Positions 10,523-21,313 of a stretch of DNA of 64,000 nucleotides are shown here, in pieces; position 1 is the first letter of the stretch; every line of letters begins with the position of its first letter. The notes beneath the pieces were generated by a model. The model was given only the letters and a program-made list of their open reading frames with translations. It had not been told where the DNA came from and made no database searches. This DNA is from Armatimonadota bacterium (lineage in GTDB: Bacteria; Armatimonadota; SYMT01). The stretch is taken from the NCBI GenBank assembly GCA_041690135.1, contig JAWLHY010000001.1, positions 1,472,001-1,536,000 on the forward strand, read 5' to 3'. A program made the position numbers and the translations under genes.

Positions 10523-10795
10523 ACGAGGGTCCGGGCAGATTGCTCCGTTTGTCGGGCGTCATGTCGGGAGCGAGAAACCGTATTAATAAGAAGGGTTGTT
10601 GAATCTGCCAAACTGCGCCTCTGGTCAGCTTCTGCAACTCAACCGCGGCGCCGAGCGCGCGTCGATACGTGTGGGGAGCGCGTGCAGCCGCTCGCGGGAT
10701 TCGATTTGTTTTGGTTCGTTCGGGTCACGATCCGTCCTGGCGAGGGGCCAGGTTTACCTGGTCCCGGAAGTCGTGCGCGTAAGGGCTAGTTAAGT

Positions 10796-12592
10796 ATGAA
10801 TGTTCTCGTAAAGCGCCTGTTATCGCTTGTCGTGTTACTCGGAGTTATGGGGACGGCCTACGCCTTCATCAAGCCCTCCGCCAAGGCCAAGGCGAAAACG
10901 GCCGTCACCTATGAGTTCGGGGAAGTCGCAGTGGGCGACGTCCGCAGCTTTGTGACCGCCACCGGTATCGTCCAGCCCTGGAAGATCGTCGACGTCAAGT
11001 CGAACGTGGGCGGTCTCATTCGCGAAATGCCGGTGGAACTGGGCGACGTGGTGAAGGAAGGTCAGTTGATCATGCAGATCGACCAGACCGACACCCGGGC
11101 CGAACAGGACCAGGCAGCGGCCGACATCAAGTCTTCCAAGGCGCGCATCGAGCAGGCCAGGGCCACCCATCGCCAGCAAAAGGCGCAGACTGCGGCGCGG
11201 ATCGCGGCCGCGGAGCGGAGTGTGGAGTCGGCGAAGGCTCGGCTCGCGCAGGCCAAAGCCAACATGAAGGCGCAGCCGCACCTGGTGGATGCCGGTATCC
11301 GGCAGGCCAAAGCCGCCTTGTCTAGCGCCGAGAAGGCCGTGGCGCAGGCCCAGCAGAATCGCAAACAGCTTGACGCCGCCCTTAGCCAACTCAAACAGGT
11401 CACGATCCCTCTCAACATCGAGACGGTGCAGGCGAACCTTTCTCAGGCCCAGGCCACTCTCACCATCGCTGAACGCGACTACAAGCGCCTTAGCAACTTG
11501 CTCGCGCAGGGATACGTTTCGCGCGCAGAGGTAGATGACTCCTACGCCCGGCGGGCCAACGCGCAGGCGGCCGTCCGGACGGCAAAACAGCGCTTGAACA
11601 CGTTGAAGCAGGAAAATGAGCTGGCCGTTCGCGAGCTGCAGGCGCGGATTTCGGAGGCGGACTCCCGCGTCGAGGAGAGTGAGGCTCGCGTCGATCAGGC
11701 GAAGGCCCAACTCGCGATTGCCGAAGAGAACCGCTTTCAAACAGAGGTGCGCAATCACGAGTACGAAGCCGCCGCTGCCGCGGTGAAGGAGGCGGAGGCC
11801 GGGCTCCGGTCTGCTCAGGCCGAGCACGAAGCGATCATCGCGCGTGAGAAGGAAGTGGAAGCGGCGTCGGCCCAGATGGTTCGCGCGGAGGCCGCCTTCG
11901 CCCGGGCCGAGATCAACATGGGCTTCACCCGGATCACGGCGCCGCGCACCGGAGTGGTCATTACGAAGAATGTGGAGCAGGGCACTGTTATCGCCAGTAG
12001 TCGAGGGTCGATCGGTGCGACAAACGCTTTGCTCCAAATCGGGGACATCTCCCGCATCTGGATCGTGTGCTCCGTGGACGAAACCGATATCGGTCAGGTT
12101 AGCATGGGCCAGAAGGTCACCGTTCGGGTGGATGCCTATCCCTCGATGCTGGTGGAAGGGAAAGTGATCCGCATCGATCCGCAGGCGAAGATCGAGCAGA
12201 ACGTGACGATGATCCCTGTTACGGTGGAAATCAGCGAGCCCGATCCGAAGTTCAAGCCGGGGATGAACGCCACCTGTGAGTTCATCGTGGACGAAGCCCT
12301 GAACGTGATGACCGTCCCGAACGAAGCGTTGCTGGAGACGGAGGGCGAATACAAGGTCCGCAAGGTGGTGAACGGCGAGGCGAAGGAGTTCGTCGTGGAA
12401 GTCGGGATTGCCGGCCCGGACACGACCGAGATCCGGTCGGGGCTGGAAGCGGGAGAACAGGTGGTGACCCGGGTGATCGAACCCGAGGAAGCGGAAGCCA
12501 ATAATCCGTTTGGTAGTCCGTTCGGCATGGGCAGGAACCGTCGCAGTGGTGGTGGTGGCGGCCGTGGCGGCGGCGGCGGTGGACGAAGGTAG
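10796..12592 (+). CDS. MacA-like periplasmic adaptor (membrane fusion protein) with long coiled coil
   Basis: N-terminal TM, VDVKSNVGG..GDVVKEGQ lipoyl half, ITAPRTGVV, VDETDI, KPGMNA; Gly/Arg tail. Confidence 0.92.
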   Translation: MNVLVKRLLSLVVLLGVMGTAYAFIKPSAKAKAKTAVTYEFGEVAVGDVRSFVTATGIVQPWKIVDVKSNVGGLIREMPVELGDVVKEGQLIMQIDQTDTRAEQDQAAADIKSSKARIEQARATHRQQKAQTAARIAAAERSVESAKARLAQAKANMKAQPHLVDAGIRQAKAALSSAEKAVAQAQQNRKQLDAALSQLKQVTIPLNIETVQANLSQAQATLTIAERDYKRLSNLLAQGYVSRAEVDDSYARRANAQAAVRTAKQRLNTLKQENELAVRELQARISEADSRVEESEARVDQAKAQLAIAEENRFQTEVRNHEYEAAAAAVKEAEAGLRSAQAEHEAIIAREKEVEAASAQMVRAEAAFARAEINMGFTRITAPRTGVVITKNVEQGTVIASSRGSIGATNALLQIGDISRIWIVCSVDETDIGQVSMGQKVTVRVDAYPSMLVEGKVIRIDPQAKIEQNVTMIPVTVEISEPDPKFKPGMNATCEFIVDEALNVMTVPNEALLETEGEYKVRKVVNGEAKEFVVEVGIAGPDTTEIRSGLEAGEQVVTRVIEPEEAEANNPFGSPFGMGRNRRSGGGGGRGGGGGGRR

Positions 12593-12601
12593 GTTGAGCC
12601 A

Positions 12602-13339
12602 ATGCTGAAGGTTGAGAACCTATTCAAAACCTACCGGATGGGCACCACCCTCGTGCATGCGCTCCGCGGGGTTTCGCTGGAGATCGGCGCCGGAGAGTTC
12701 GTGGCGATCATGGGCCCTTCCGGGTCGGGAAAGTCCACCTTTATGAACATCGTGGGCTGCCTGGACAAGCCGACCTCCGGAGAGTACTGGCTCGACGGGA
12801 TCAACGTCTCCCGCATGAACGATAACCGGCTCGCCGAGATCCGGAACGAAAAGATCGGGTTCGTATTCCAGCAGTTCAACCTGCTGCCGCGCACCAGTGC
12901 CCTGCGACAGGTGGAACTGCCCATGCTCTACAACGGCATGCCGAACCGTAGGGAGCGGGCCATGCAGGCGCTCACCGCCGTGGGTCTCGGACAGCGGCAT
13001 CATCATACGCCGTCGGAACTCTCCGGGGGGCAGCAGCAGCGCGTTGCCATCGCGCGGGCCCTGGTAAATGATCCCGTGATTCTCCTGGCGGACGAACCTA
13101 CAGGAGCCCTGGATACCCGCACGGGCGAGGAGATCATGGCGATCTTCCAGCAGCTCCACCGGGCGGGAAAGACGGTGGTGATCGTCACGCATGAATGGGA
13201 CATCGCCCTCCACTGCAGCCGGGTGATCCGGTTCAAGGACGGGCTGATCCTTTCCGACGAGATGGTGCCCGAACCCAAGGACGCTCTCGAGGAGCTGGAA
13301 AAGCTTCCCGACATTACCGATCAGGTGCCAATCGCATGA
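12602..13339 (+). CDS. ABC transporter ATP-binding protein (MacB/LolD type)
   Basis: [34 protein letters not shown]. Confidence 0.96.
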   Translation: MLKVENLFKTYRMGTTLVHALRGVSLEIGAGEFVAIMGPSGSGKSTFMNIVGCLDKPTSGEYWLDGINVSRMNDNRLAEIRNEKIGFVFQQFNLLPRTSALRQVELPMLYNGMPNRRERAMQALTAVGLGQRHHHTPSELSGGQQQRVAIARALVNDPVILLADEPTGALDTRTGEEIMAIFQQLHRAGKTVVIVTHEWDIALHCSRVIRFKDGLILSDEMVPEPKDALEELEKLPDITDQVPIA

Positions 13340-14634
13340 GCGCCGCCGAACGGACCGCCGCCATAACCCTGCCCGCGTCGATCGAAAAGCGCGGGCGGCG
13401 TGGGATGAGCATCACGGAAGCTTTCCGCATCGCGCTGTCCGCGTTGATGTCGAATAAGCTCCGGTCGTTCCTGACCATGCTCGGGATCATCATCGGGGTC
13501 GCCTCGTTCATCGTCACGATGGCCCTGGGGATGGGGGCGGCCAAAGTGACGCAGGACGCCATCCGCAAGATGGGCACCAACGTCCTGTCCGTCATTCCGC
13601 AAAGCATGATGCGCGGCGGCGTCAGCCAGGGCCTCGGCTCCAACCAGAACCTGAAGTTGGAGGATGTCGAGGTCATCAAGAAGTTCTGCCCCTCGGTCAA
13701 GGTGGCGGTGCCGGAGTATCGCGGCAGCGGCCAGGTGAAGTACCAGAACCAGAACACGCGGACCACCGTCTATGGGGTGACCCCACCCTACTTCGAGATC
13801 CGCAACATGCCTGTAGCCCAGGGTAAGAATTTCACCGAGGATGACGTGCGCCGCAGCGCCAAGGTCTGCGTCCTGGGCGATAGCGTGCGGGAGACGCTCT
13901 TCGGTTCGCTCCAACCGGTGGGCAAGTACATCAAGGTCAACGGCCAGAACTTCAAGGTCGTCGGTGTCACGCAGAAGCGCGGTGGCGGCGGTTTCCGCAA
14001 CCCGGACGACCAGATCACCATCCCCATCAGCACCGCGATGCGCCGTGTCTTCGGCGTGGACTACCTCAACAGCATCAGCGTCCAGGCGGTCTCCGAGGAC
14101 AAGATGCTGGCGGTGGAAGAGGAGATCGAAGAAGCGATCCGCAAGGCGCACCGTCAGCCTCCGGGCGAGCCTTCGGATGTCCGCATCTTTAACCAGGCAG
14201 ACCTCACCGAAACGGCGGCCGCCCAGAGCTCCGTGCTTACCCTCACCCTGGGGGGGCTGGCCGTGATCTCCCTGCTGGTCGGCGGCATCGGCATCATGAA
14301 CATCATGCTCGTGTCGGTGACCGAAAGGACCCGGGAGATCGGCATCCGGAAAGCCATCGGGGCCAAGCGTAAGCATATCCTCTACCAGTTCCTGATCGAG
14401 TCCGTCACGCTGAGCCTGGTGGGCGGTTTCCTCGGCATTTCACTGGGAGTGGCCATCTCGCTCTGGCTGGCCAAGCCGCAGGATGAAGGCGGCTTCGGTT
14501 TTCCGATGCTCCTATCGATGACGCCGATGATCCTTTCCTTCGGATCCTCGGCGCTGGTCGGCGTCTTTTTCGGCATCTACCCGGCGTTCAAGGCTTCCGC
14601 CCTCAACCCGATCGAAGCGCTGCGTTACGAGTAG
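13336..14634 (+). CDS. ABC transporter permease (MacB/FtsX family)
   Basis: [51 protein letters not shown]; ATGA overlap with ATPase stop. Confidence 0.95.
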   Translation: MSAAERTAAITLPASIEKRGRRGMSITEAFRIALSALMSNKLRSFLTMLGIIIGVASFIVTMALGMGAAKVTQDAIRKMGTNVLSVIPQSMMRGGVSQGLGSNQNLKLEDVEVIKKFCPSVKVAVPEYRGSGQVKYQNQNTRTTVYGVTPPYFEIRNMPVAQGKNFTEDDVRRSAKVCVLGDSVRETLFGSLQPVGKYIKVNGQNFKVVGVTQKRGGGGFRNPDDQITIPISTAMRRVFGVDYLNSISVQAVSEDKMLAVEEEIEEAIRKAHRQPPGEPSDVRIFNQADLTETAAAQSSVLTLTLGGLAVISLLVGGIGIMNIMLVSVTERTREIGIRKAIGAKRKHILYQFLIESVTLSLVGGFLGISLGVAISLWLAKPQDEGGFGFPMLLSMTPMILSFGSSALVGVFFGIYPAFKASALNPIEALRYE

Positions 14635-14705
14635 GCGGAACGGGGCCAGCCCCGGCACCTCACCCAGACCTGTACCGGTCCCCGACGGACCGGAGGAGAA
14701 CTGCA

Positions 14706-15440
14706 ATGCGATCCACTCGCGCTACCCTACTTGCTGTTTGCCTCACCACGCTGTCCGCCGGCGCGACCCTGGCGCAGGGGCCGGGAGGCCCGGGCGGCGG
14801 CGGTTTCGGCGCCTTCCAGAAGTTCCGCGACCAGCACAAGTACACGTTCCAGTTGTCCACCACCCTCCGCAGCGGGCTTACGGAGATGGAGCGCTCCAAG
14901 AGCACCCAACTGAAGCCGGCACAGGCCAAGCAACTCCTGGGAGTGCTCACGCCTCTCCGCAAAAAGCCGAAGTTGACGCAGGAAGAGGCCAAGTCCACCA
15001 TCCAGAAAGTTCAGAAGGTCTTCGACGCGCGCCAGCTCTCCGCCGTGGACAAGGCGATCCAGGCTTCCCAGCGCCGACGTGGCGGTGGTGGACCGGGAGG
15101 TGGTCCTGGTGGCGGCGGACCTGGGGGGCCCGGTGGCGGTGCTCCGGGCGGCAGCGGCGCCGGACGTCCCGGTGGCGGTGGACCGGGAGGCCCCGGTGGT
15201 CCTGGCGGTGGGCGCCCTGCCTTCGACTTCAACGCGATGAAAAACTTCAACCCGTTGAACCCGGACAAAAAGAACCCGCGCTACGAACGGAACAAGGAGA
15301 TGAACGATAAGCTGTTCGGCTTCCTCACCGCTCGCGCTGCCGGCAAGACTGCCACGCTCGACCTCCCCTCCTTCGGTGATCGCCGCGGCCCCGGCGGCCC
15401 TGGCGGCGGTTCCGGCGACCGCCCCCGCGGCAACCGCTAA
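14706..15440 (+). CDS. Secreted Gly/Pro-rich hypothetical protein
   Basis: Signal peptide (..TLA-Q), GGAG RBS, GGPGG repeats around a basic helical core; last gene of the exporter operon. Confidence 0.8.
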   Translation: MRSTRATLLAVCLTTLSAGATLAQGPGGPGGGGFGAFQKFRDQHKYTFQLSTTLRSGLTEMERSKSTQLKPAQAKQLLGVLTPLRKKPKLTQEEAKSTIQKVQKVFDARQLSAVDKAIQASQRRRGGGGPGGGPGGGGPGGPGGGAPGGSGAGRPGGGGPGGPGGPGGGRPAFDFNAMKNFNPLNPDKKNPRYERNKEMNDKLFGFLTARAAGKTATLDLPSFGDRRGPGGPGGGSGDRPRGNR

Positions 15441-15463
15441 TCCAATTCCAGAATTCAGATGAA

Positions 15464-15495
15464 GAAGAGGCCAGGAGGAAACTCCCGGCCTCTTC
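15464..15495. terminator. Hairpin between convergent genes (probable terminator)
   Basis: gaagaggcc...ggcctcttc stem with inner ggag/ctcc pairing. Confidence 0.55.
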
Positions 15496-16063
15496 ATTCA
15501 CTAAATTCCGCTCCCAGGTAGATCCGATAACGGAAACTGGGCGTTCCCCCGTGGGCCGGCAGCTTGTTGAACGTTTCCACCAGAACACCCCCGTTCGCCT
15601 CGATCACGCGTTGCGAGGCTATGTTCCCCACGTCCACCGTCAGTTCCACGTAGTTGAGCCCCTCCTCCCGCACCTCGGACAGAAACATCCCCAGGGCCCG
15701 GGTCGCATAGCCGCGCCGGCGTTTCCAGGGCACCACCGAGTAGCCGATGTGCCCCAGGCAGTGCGGGGGCAACTCGGACGTACCCGGCTGCCAGCGGAAG
15801 CTGATGATCCCGCAAAACTCCCCATCCCACATCCATCGCTGGTAGCTGGGCAGGCGGGTGATGGTTGACCCATCAGGCAAGATGATCGGCGGGCCCTGGG
15901 CTTCCCGGTCGACCTGCAGCGCCAGGAACTGGTCCGGTTCCGCGGCGATACGCGCCAACTCCTCCCGCGCGGCCTCGGTCCGCATGGTGTCCGGCGACCA
16001 CCCGCGTTCCAGCGCGGCCACATAGCTGGAAAGGTATTCGACTGCGGGCCATACGAGTCTCAC
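15494..16063 (-). CDS. GNAT-family N-acetyltransferase
   Basis: GHIGYSVVPWKRRRGYATRAL, NIASQRVIEANGG. Confidence 0.9.
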   Translation of the reverse strand: MRLVWPAVEYLSSYVAALERGWSPDTMRTEAAREELARIAAEPDQFLALQVDREAQGPPIILPDGSTITRLPSYQRWMWDGEFCGIISFRWQPGTSELPPHCLGHIGYSVVPWKRRRGYATRALGMFLSEVREEGLNYVELTVDVGNIASQRVIEANGGVLVETFNKLPAHGGTPSFRYRIYLGAEFSE

Positions 16064-16638
16064 AGGCCATCCTCCGGTTGGATCTCAAGCGTTAGACAAT
16101 AATCTCTGTATCCCACGGCTCGCCAGAACCGGACCGCCCGCTCATTGGCGACCAGCACGTCGACGGTGAGCCTCTTACCCTTTGGCCAGACCTGGCTTCG
16201 GAGGATCTCCAGCGCCCGTCGGCCCAGTCCCTCGCCGCGTCGATGCGGCACGACGAAGAACTGGCGCAGATAAATCTCCTCCGCTCGCTCGCGGAAGAGA
16301 GCGTACGCCACTACCTCCCCATCCTTCTCGTACAGCACGGCCCGATAATCGGCGGTTAGCCACCCACGCATCCGCTGCTCTAGTTCCGGGACCGTCATCG
16401 GGTACTCCCGGCTTCCAAGAATGGGCCAGGAATACTTGATGCACGGCAGCGTTATCTCGGTGGCGCATCGATCCATCCGAACGAGCATTTCCTCCCGGGT
16501 ATCCCAGCCAGCGCACTCCAGATGTCCGTTTCGATCGACCGCGGGACGTGCCAGGTAATCATCCCGAGCTTCAGGAAGCAGTCGCGCCAGGACGTCCGCT
16601 TCCGATGCAATCACAATATAAGAGACGTAGTATCCCAT
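16060..16638 (-). CDS. GNAT-family N-acetyltransferase (atypical N-terminus; start uncertain)
   Basis: YLRQFFVVPHRRGEGLGR acetyl-CoA motif, NERAVRFWRAVGY. Confidence 0.75.
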   Translation of the reverse strand: MGYYVSYIVIASEADVLARLLPEARDDYLARPAVDRNGHLECAGWDTREEMLVRMDRCATEITLPCIKYSWPILGSREYPMTVPELEQRMRGWLTADYRAVLYEKDGEVVAYALFRERAEEIYLRQFFVVPHRRGEGLGRRALEILRSQVWPKGKRLTVDVLVANERAVRFWRAVGYRDYCLTLEIQPEDGL

Positions 16639-16690
16639 GGGGGTTGTCCCGCACAGCGGCTCGTGTGTTGGCGTGCCCCAATAAGCCCGG

Positions 16691-16861
16691 CTAATTCCGA
16701 AAGAACATCAGGTATAACGCGAGCCCAGCCACGGCGAGCCCCACGATCCGCACCGCCCATTGGAGCGCGGTTTCGTCCTCAAATGCGCCCAGGCCAATGG
16801 CGCAGATCATCCAGGTCGGGGCCACAACGGCGAACAGACCCGCGACTAACACCAAAAGCAT
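16691..16861 (-). CDS. Small two-TM hypothetical membrane protein
   Basis: GGAGG RBS before ATG 16861; two hydrophobic segments. Confidence 0.5.
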   Translation of the reverse strand: MLLVLVAGLFAVVAPTWMICAIGLGAFEDETALQWAVRIVGLAVAGLALYLMFFRN

Positions 16862-17271
16862 GACGCCTCCCCTCGCTCTATCCAGGATCCGTATCACTCA
16901 ACGGTGCAAGCGCGGGTCAGGTTGCGCGTGACTCTCCCCGGATTTGGGCTGGAGCCGACCCGGTGTGATCCGTGTTTGCTTCCGTTGCGTTCCCAGTCTA
17001 TTGCTTGTCCTCAACCACATTCCATGGCACAATCGGTCCACCGAATAAGCGCCCGATCATCAGGTGCCCAGCCGTCTGGGTTAACTTATCAGCAGGGGGG
17101 TAACCAGGTCCGTTCAACTTTGAGGGATCAACCTTATACTCGCGGCTAATGCCCCGAAACCCTGGAGAGGCTTCAGTTCTGGCTTCGGCGGCGGGCTTCT
17201 ACTTTCAACTTTCCTCTCGCAAACCTGCCAACCCGCAATCCCTGAACTCACTCCGGGAAACCCGTAACTCA

Positions 17272-18726
17272 ATGCTCCTAACCATCACCACCACCCATCA
17301 GCCGGCCACCGACCTGGGCTACCTGCTCGTCAAGAACCCGGCGCGTGTGCAGGAATTCGAGCTTAGCTTCGGCAAAGCGGTGGTCTTCTATCCGGAGGCC
17401 TCGGAAGAGTGTTGTACCGCGGCCCTGCTGCTGGAGGTGGATCCCGTGGGGCTGGTGCGAGGACGCCAAGGTCCTGCGGGTGAAGGCCGGCAGTTGGAGC
17501 AGTACGTCAACGACCGCCCCTACGTCGCCTCCTCCTTCATGAGCGTGGCATTGGCCGCGGTGTTTCGGACGGCCCTCTCCGGAAAGAGCAAAGAGCGACC
17601 GGAACTGGCCGAGGCGGCGATCCCACTGGAGGCCACTCTGACGGCACTCCCCTGTCGTGGCGGGGAAGGCTTCTTACGGCGGCTGTTCGAGCCGCTGGGG
17701 TACCGGCTGGACCTTCAGCGCCTGCCGCTGGACTCCCAGCACCCCGAGTGGGGCTCCAGTCCCTACTTCACGGTGACCCTGGCCGCGGAGTGCCGCCTCT
17801 GCGATCTTCTCACTCACCTGTATGTGCTCGTTCCTGTGCTGGACCAGGACAAGCACTACTGGGTCGGCGAGGATGAGGTCGAGAAACTCCTGCGCTTCGG
17901 TGAAGGCTGGCTCAACGCGCATCCGGAGAAGAAGGAGATCACACGTCGCTACCTCCAGCGGCGGCCTTCCCTGATCCGGCAGGCGCTGGCGCGGCTGGCC
18001 GCGGAAGATACCGGAGCCGACGAGGAGGAAACCAGCAACCCGGACCGCCTCGAGGCGCAGATGGAAACCCAGATCGACGCGTCTGCCTCCGCGCCGGGAG
18101 CAACCGGCGAGGATAAACCCCGCAGCCTCAACGACCAGCGGCTGGAGGCGGTTTTGGCAGCCCTGCGTGAGAGCGGAGCCCGGCGCGTGCTCGATCTGGG
18201 TTGTGGGGAAGGGCGCCTGCTCGAACGCCTGATGCGTCAGAACTGCTTTCAGGAGATCGTCGGCCTGGACGTCTCCTATCGTGCGATGGAGATCGCGCAA
18301 CGGCGGCTGCACCTGGATCGCGCTTCCGACCGGCAGCGGGAGCGAGTGCGATTACTCCACGGAGCCCTCACCTATCGCGACCGTCGGCTCGAGGGCTTTG
18401 ACGCGGCTGCCGTGGTGGAGGTGATCGAGCACCTGGATCTGCCCCGTCTCGCGGCATTCGAACGTGTCCTGTTCGAGTGCGCTCGCCCGGGAGTTGTCGT
18501 CCTGTCGACCCCGAACGCTGAGTACAACGTACGGTGGCCCAGCCTTCCCGCCGGCCGCTTCCGACACCGCGACCACCGTTTCGAGTGGAGCCGTTCCGAG
18601 TTCCAGACCTGGGCAGAAGCGGTTGCCGGCCGCTTCGGCTACACGGTGCAGTTCTCCCCCATTGGACCGATCGATCCCGAGGTCGGCTCGCCGACCCAGA
18701 TGGCCGTTTTTACCCGCAGCACATGA
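17272..18726 (+). CDS. hen1: 3'-terminal RNA ribose 2'-O-methyltransferase Hen1
   Basis: MLLTITTTHQPATDLGYLL.KNP, YVNDRPYVASS, DKHYWVG, VLDLGCGEG, EVIEHLD, TPNAEYN, FRHRDHRFEW. Confidence 0.96.
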   Translation: MLLTITTTHQPATDLGYLLVKNPARVQEFELSFGKAVVFYPEASEECCTAALLLEVDPVGLVRGRQGPAGEGRQLEQYVNDRPYVASSFMSVALAAVFRTALSGKSKERPELAEAAIPLEATLTALPCRGGEGFLRRLFEPLGYRLDLQRLPLDSQHPEWGSSPYFTVTLAAECRLCDLLTHLYVLVPVLDQDKHYWVGEDEVEKLLRFGEGWLNAHPEKKEITRRYLQRRPSLIRQALARLAAEDTGADEEETSNPDRLEAQMETQIDASASAPGATGEDKPRSLNDQRLEAVLAALRESGARRVLDLGCGEGRLLERLMRQNCFQEIVGLDVSYRAMEIAQRRLHLDRASDRQRERVRLLHGALTYRDRRLEGFDAAAVVEVIEHLDLPRLAAFERVLFECARPGVVVLSTPNAEYNVRWPSLPAGRFRHRDHRFEWSRSEFQTWAEAVAGRFGYTVQFSPIGPIDPEVGSPTQMAVFTRST

Positions 18727-21284
18727 AACTCACCATTCCGGAACTCTCTCTGGTGGTGCTGATAGGCGCCTCCGGCTCGGGGAAGTCCACTTTCGCGCGG
18801 CGCCACTTCCTGGGTACGGAGGTGCTCTCCTCTGACTTTTTCCGGGGCCTCGTGGCGGACGACGAAAATGATCAGTCCGCCAGTCGGGACGCCTTCGATA
18901 CACTCCATTTCGTGGCATCGAAGCGCCTGGCCGCCGGACGGCTGACGGTGATCGATGCGACCAACGTTCAGGAAGAAGCCCGCAAGCCTCTGATTGAACT
19001 GGCCCGTCGCTACCACGCGCTGCCGGTGGCAATCGTCCTCAATCACTCGGAGAAGGTCTGCTTCGAACGCAACCAGGAGCGATCCGATCGGAACCTGGGG
19101 CGGCAAGTGATTGCGCGCCAGGTCCAGGACCTGCGCCGCTCGCTTCGCCGGTTGGAACGAGAAGGTTTCCGCCACGTCCACGTGTTGACCTCTCCGGAAG
19201 AGGTAGAGGCTGCTACGATCGAGCGCCAACCCCTCTGGAACAACCGGAGGGAGGAACGGGGACCGTTCGACATCATCGGCGACGTCCACGGCTGCCTGGA
19301 AGAATTGCAGGAGCTGCTTGCACGCCTGGGTTACACCGCACCCCCGGAGTATGGCGCGGCCGGCGGAACGGCCTATCGACATCCGGAAGGGCGGCGTGCG
19401 GTGTTCGTCGGGGATCTGGTGGACCGCGGTCCCGACTCGCCCGGCGTTCTGCGCCTCGTGATGACGATGGTCGAGGAGGGGACGGCGTTCTGCGTGCCGG
19501 GCAACCACGACGAGCGTCTCCTGCGAAAACTGCGCGGCCGGAACGTCAATCCCACGCACGGCCTGGATCTCACACTCGCCCAGTTAGAGCGTGAACCGGC
19601 AGAGTTTCTTGCCGACCTCCGTCGCTTCCTCGATGGCCTCGTCAGCCACTACGTCTTCGACGAGGGCCGGCTGGTGGTGGCGCATGCAGGCATGAAGCAG
19701 GAGATGCAGGGCCGCGGCTCCAGCGCTGTCCGCCAGTTCGCGCTGTACGGCGAGACGACCGGCGAAACGGACGAGTACGGTTTGTCCGTCCGCCACAACT
19801 GGGCGGCGGAGTACCGGGGTGCCGCCACCGTCGTCTACGGCCACACGCCGGTCGTGGAGCCCGAGTGGTTGAATCGGACCGTCAACATCGATACCGGTTG
19901 CGTCTTCGGTGGTCGCCTCACGGCCCTCCGCTATCCGGAAAATGAGCTGCTGTCCGTGCCCGCGGGCCAGGTGTATGCCGAGCCGATCCGGCCTCTTGCG
20001 CCGGCTGTCGCTCCGGCCCGTTCGGCCCAGCAGGAGCACGACGAATTGCTCGATCTCGAGGACGTGGTCGGCAAGCGCCGGGTGGAAACCCGCCTCCACG
20101 GCGCGGTCACCATTCGCGAGGAGAACGCCATCGCCGCCCTAGAGGTGATGGTCCGGTTTGCCGCCGATCCCCGTTGGTTGGTCTACCTGCCGCCCACGAT
20201 GTCCCCTTCCGAGACATCGCAACGCGAAGGTCTCCTGGAGCACCCCGAAGAGGCATTCGCTTACTACCAGCGGGCCGGCGTCTCCACTGTCATCTGTGAG
20301 CAGAAGCACATGGGATCGCGCGCGGTGGTGGTCATCTGCCGCGATGAAGAGGCGGCCCGGCGCCGCTTCGGGGTGACGGGAGACGGCTCCGGGATCATCT
20401 ATACCCGCACCGGCCGGCGGTTCTTCGACGACCGCGAAATGGAGAGCGGTATGCTCGAACGCATTCGGGTTGCCCTCACCACAAGCGGCCTTTGGGAAGA
20501 GTTGCAGACCGACTGGCTCTGCCTGGATTGTGAGCTCATGCCATGGTCCGCCAAGGCCCAGTCGCTATTACTCCAGCAATACGCACCAACGGGTACCGCA
20601 GCCTTGGCTTCCCTGGATGCCGCCACCCAGGCCATGGAGTCCGCCAGCGCCCGTGGCCTGGAAGTCGGAGCGCATCTGGAGGAGATACGAAGGCGACGTG
20701 ACCTGGCGGATCGCTATGTGCGCGCCTATCGCGGCTACTGCTGGCCGGTCCACTCCCTTGAGGACTTGAAGCTCGCCCCCTTCCACCTCCTCGCCACCGA
20801 AGGCCGGGTGCACGCGGACCGCGACCACTCCTGGCATATGGAGATCCTGGCACGCCTGTGCGCCGCCGACCCAGGCGTGCTGCTGGCTACACCCTATCGC
20901 GTGGTGCCCCTGGAGGACGAGACGGCCGTTGCCGAGACCACCGCCTGGTGGGAGGCGCTCACCGGTAGCGGTGGGGAAGGGATGGTCGTGAAGCCCCAGC
21001 AGTTCATCGCCCGCGGGAGCCGCGGCCTGATCCAGCCCGCCGTCAAGTGCCGGGGTCCCGAATACCTGCGCATCATCTACGGGCCCGAGTACACCCGTCC
21101 CGAGCACCTGGAGCGCCTCCGGATGCGCGGCCTCGGCGCCAAGCGCTCCCTGGCACTGCGCGAGTTTGCCCTCGGCCTGGAGGGACTGGAACGGTTCGTG
21201 GCCCGCGACCCTCTGCGCCGGGTCCACGAGTGCGTCTTCGGCGTCCTCGCGCTGGAAAGTGAGCCGGTCGATCCCCGGCTCTAA
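18723..21284 (+). CDS. pnkp: Polynucleotide kinase-phosphatase-ligase Pnkp
   Basis: GASGSGKST kinase; GDVHG, GDLVDRG, GNHD phosphoesterase; YLPPTMSP, EQKHMGSR, EGMVVKP ligase; ESEPVDPRL end; ATGA overlap with hen1. Confidence 0.97.
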   Translation: MKLTIPELSLVVLIGASGSGKSTFARRHFLGTEVLSSDFFRGLVADDENDQSASRDAFDTLHFVASKRLAAGRLTVIDATNVQEEARKPLIELARRYHALPVAIVLNHSEKVCFERNQERSDRNLGRQVIARQVQDLRRSLRRLEREGFRHVHVLTSPEEVEAATIERQPLWNNRREERGPFDIIGDVHGCLEELQELLARLGYTAPPEYGAAGGTAYRHPEGRRAVFVGDLVDRGPDSPGVLRLVMTMVEEGTAFCVPGNHDERLLRKLRGRNVNPTHGLDLTLAQLEREPAEFLADLRRFLDGLVSHYVFDEGRLVVAHAGMKQEMQGRGSSAVRQFALYGETTGETDEYGLSVRHNWAAEYRGAATVVYGHTPVVEPEWLNRTVNIDTGCVFGGRLTALRYPENELLSVPAGQVYAEPIRPLAPAVAPARSAQQEHDELLDLEDVVGKRRVETRLHGAVTIREENAIAALEVMVRFAADPRWLVYLPPTMSPSETSQREGLLEHPEEAFAYYQRAGVSTVICEQKHMGSRAVVVICRDEEAARRRFGVTGDGSGIIYTRTGRRFFDDREMESGMLERIRVALTTSGLWEELQTDWLCLDCELMPWSAKAQSLLLQQYAPTGTAALASLDAATQAMESASARGLEVGAHLEEIRRRRDLADRYVRAYRGYCWPVHSLEDLKLAPFHLLATEGRVHADRDHSWHMEILARLCAADPGVLLATPYRVVPLEDETAVAETTAWWEALTGSGGEGMVVKPQQFIARGSRGLIQPAVKCRGPEYLRIIYGPEYTRPEHLERLRMRGLGAKRSLALREFALGLEGLERFVARDPLRRVHECVFGVLALESEPVDPRL

Positions 21285-21313
21285 ATACGCCTGCGTACAA
21301 TGCGTGATTGGGT

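Noticed and set aside
16900-17270. Possible ncRNA or riboswitch upstream of hen1
   Set aside because: No recognisable aptamer, tRNA or Y-RNA-like fold found by eye; an Rfam scan would be needed
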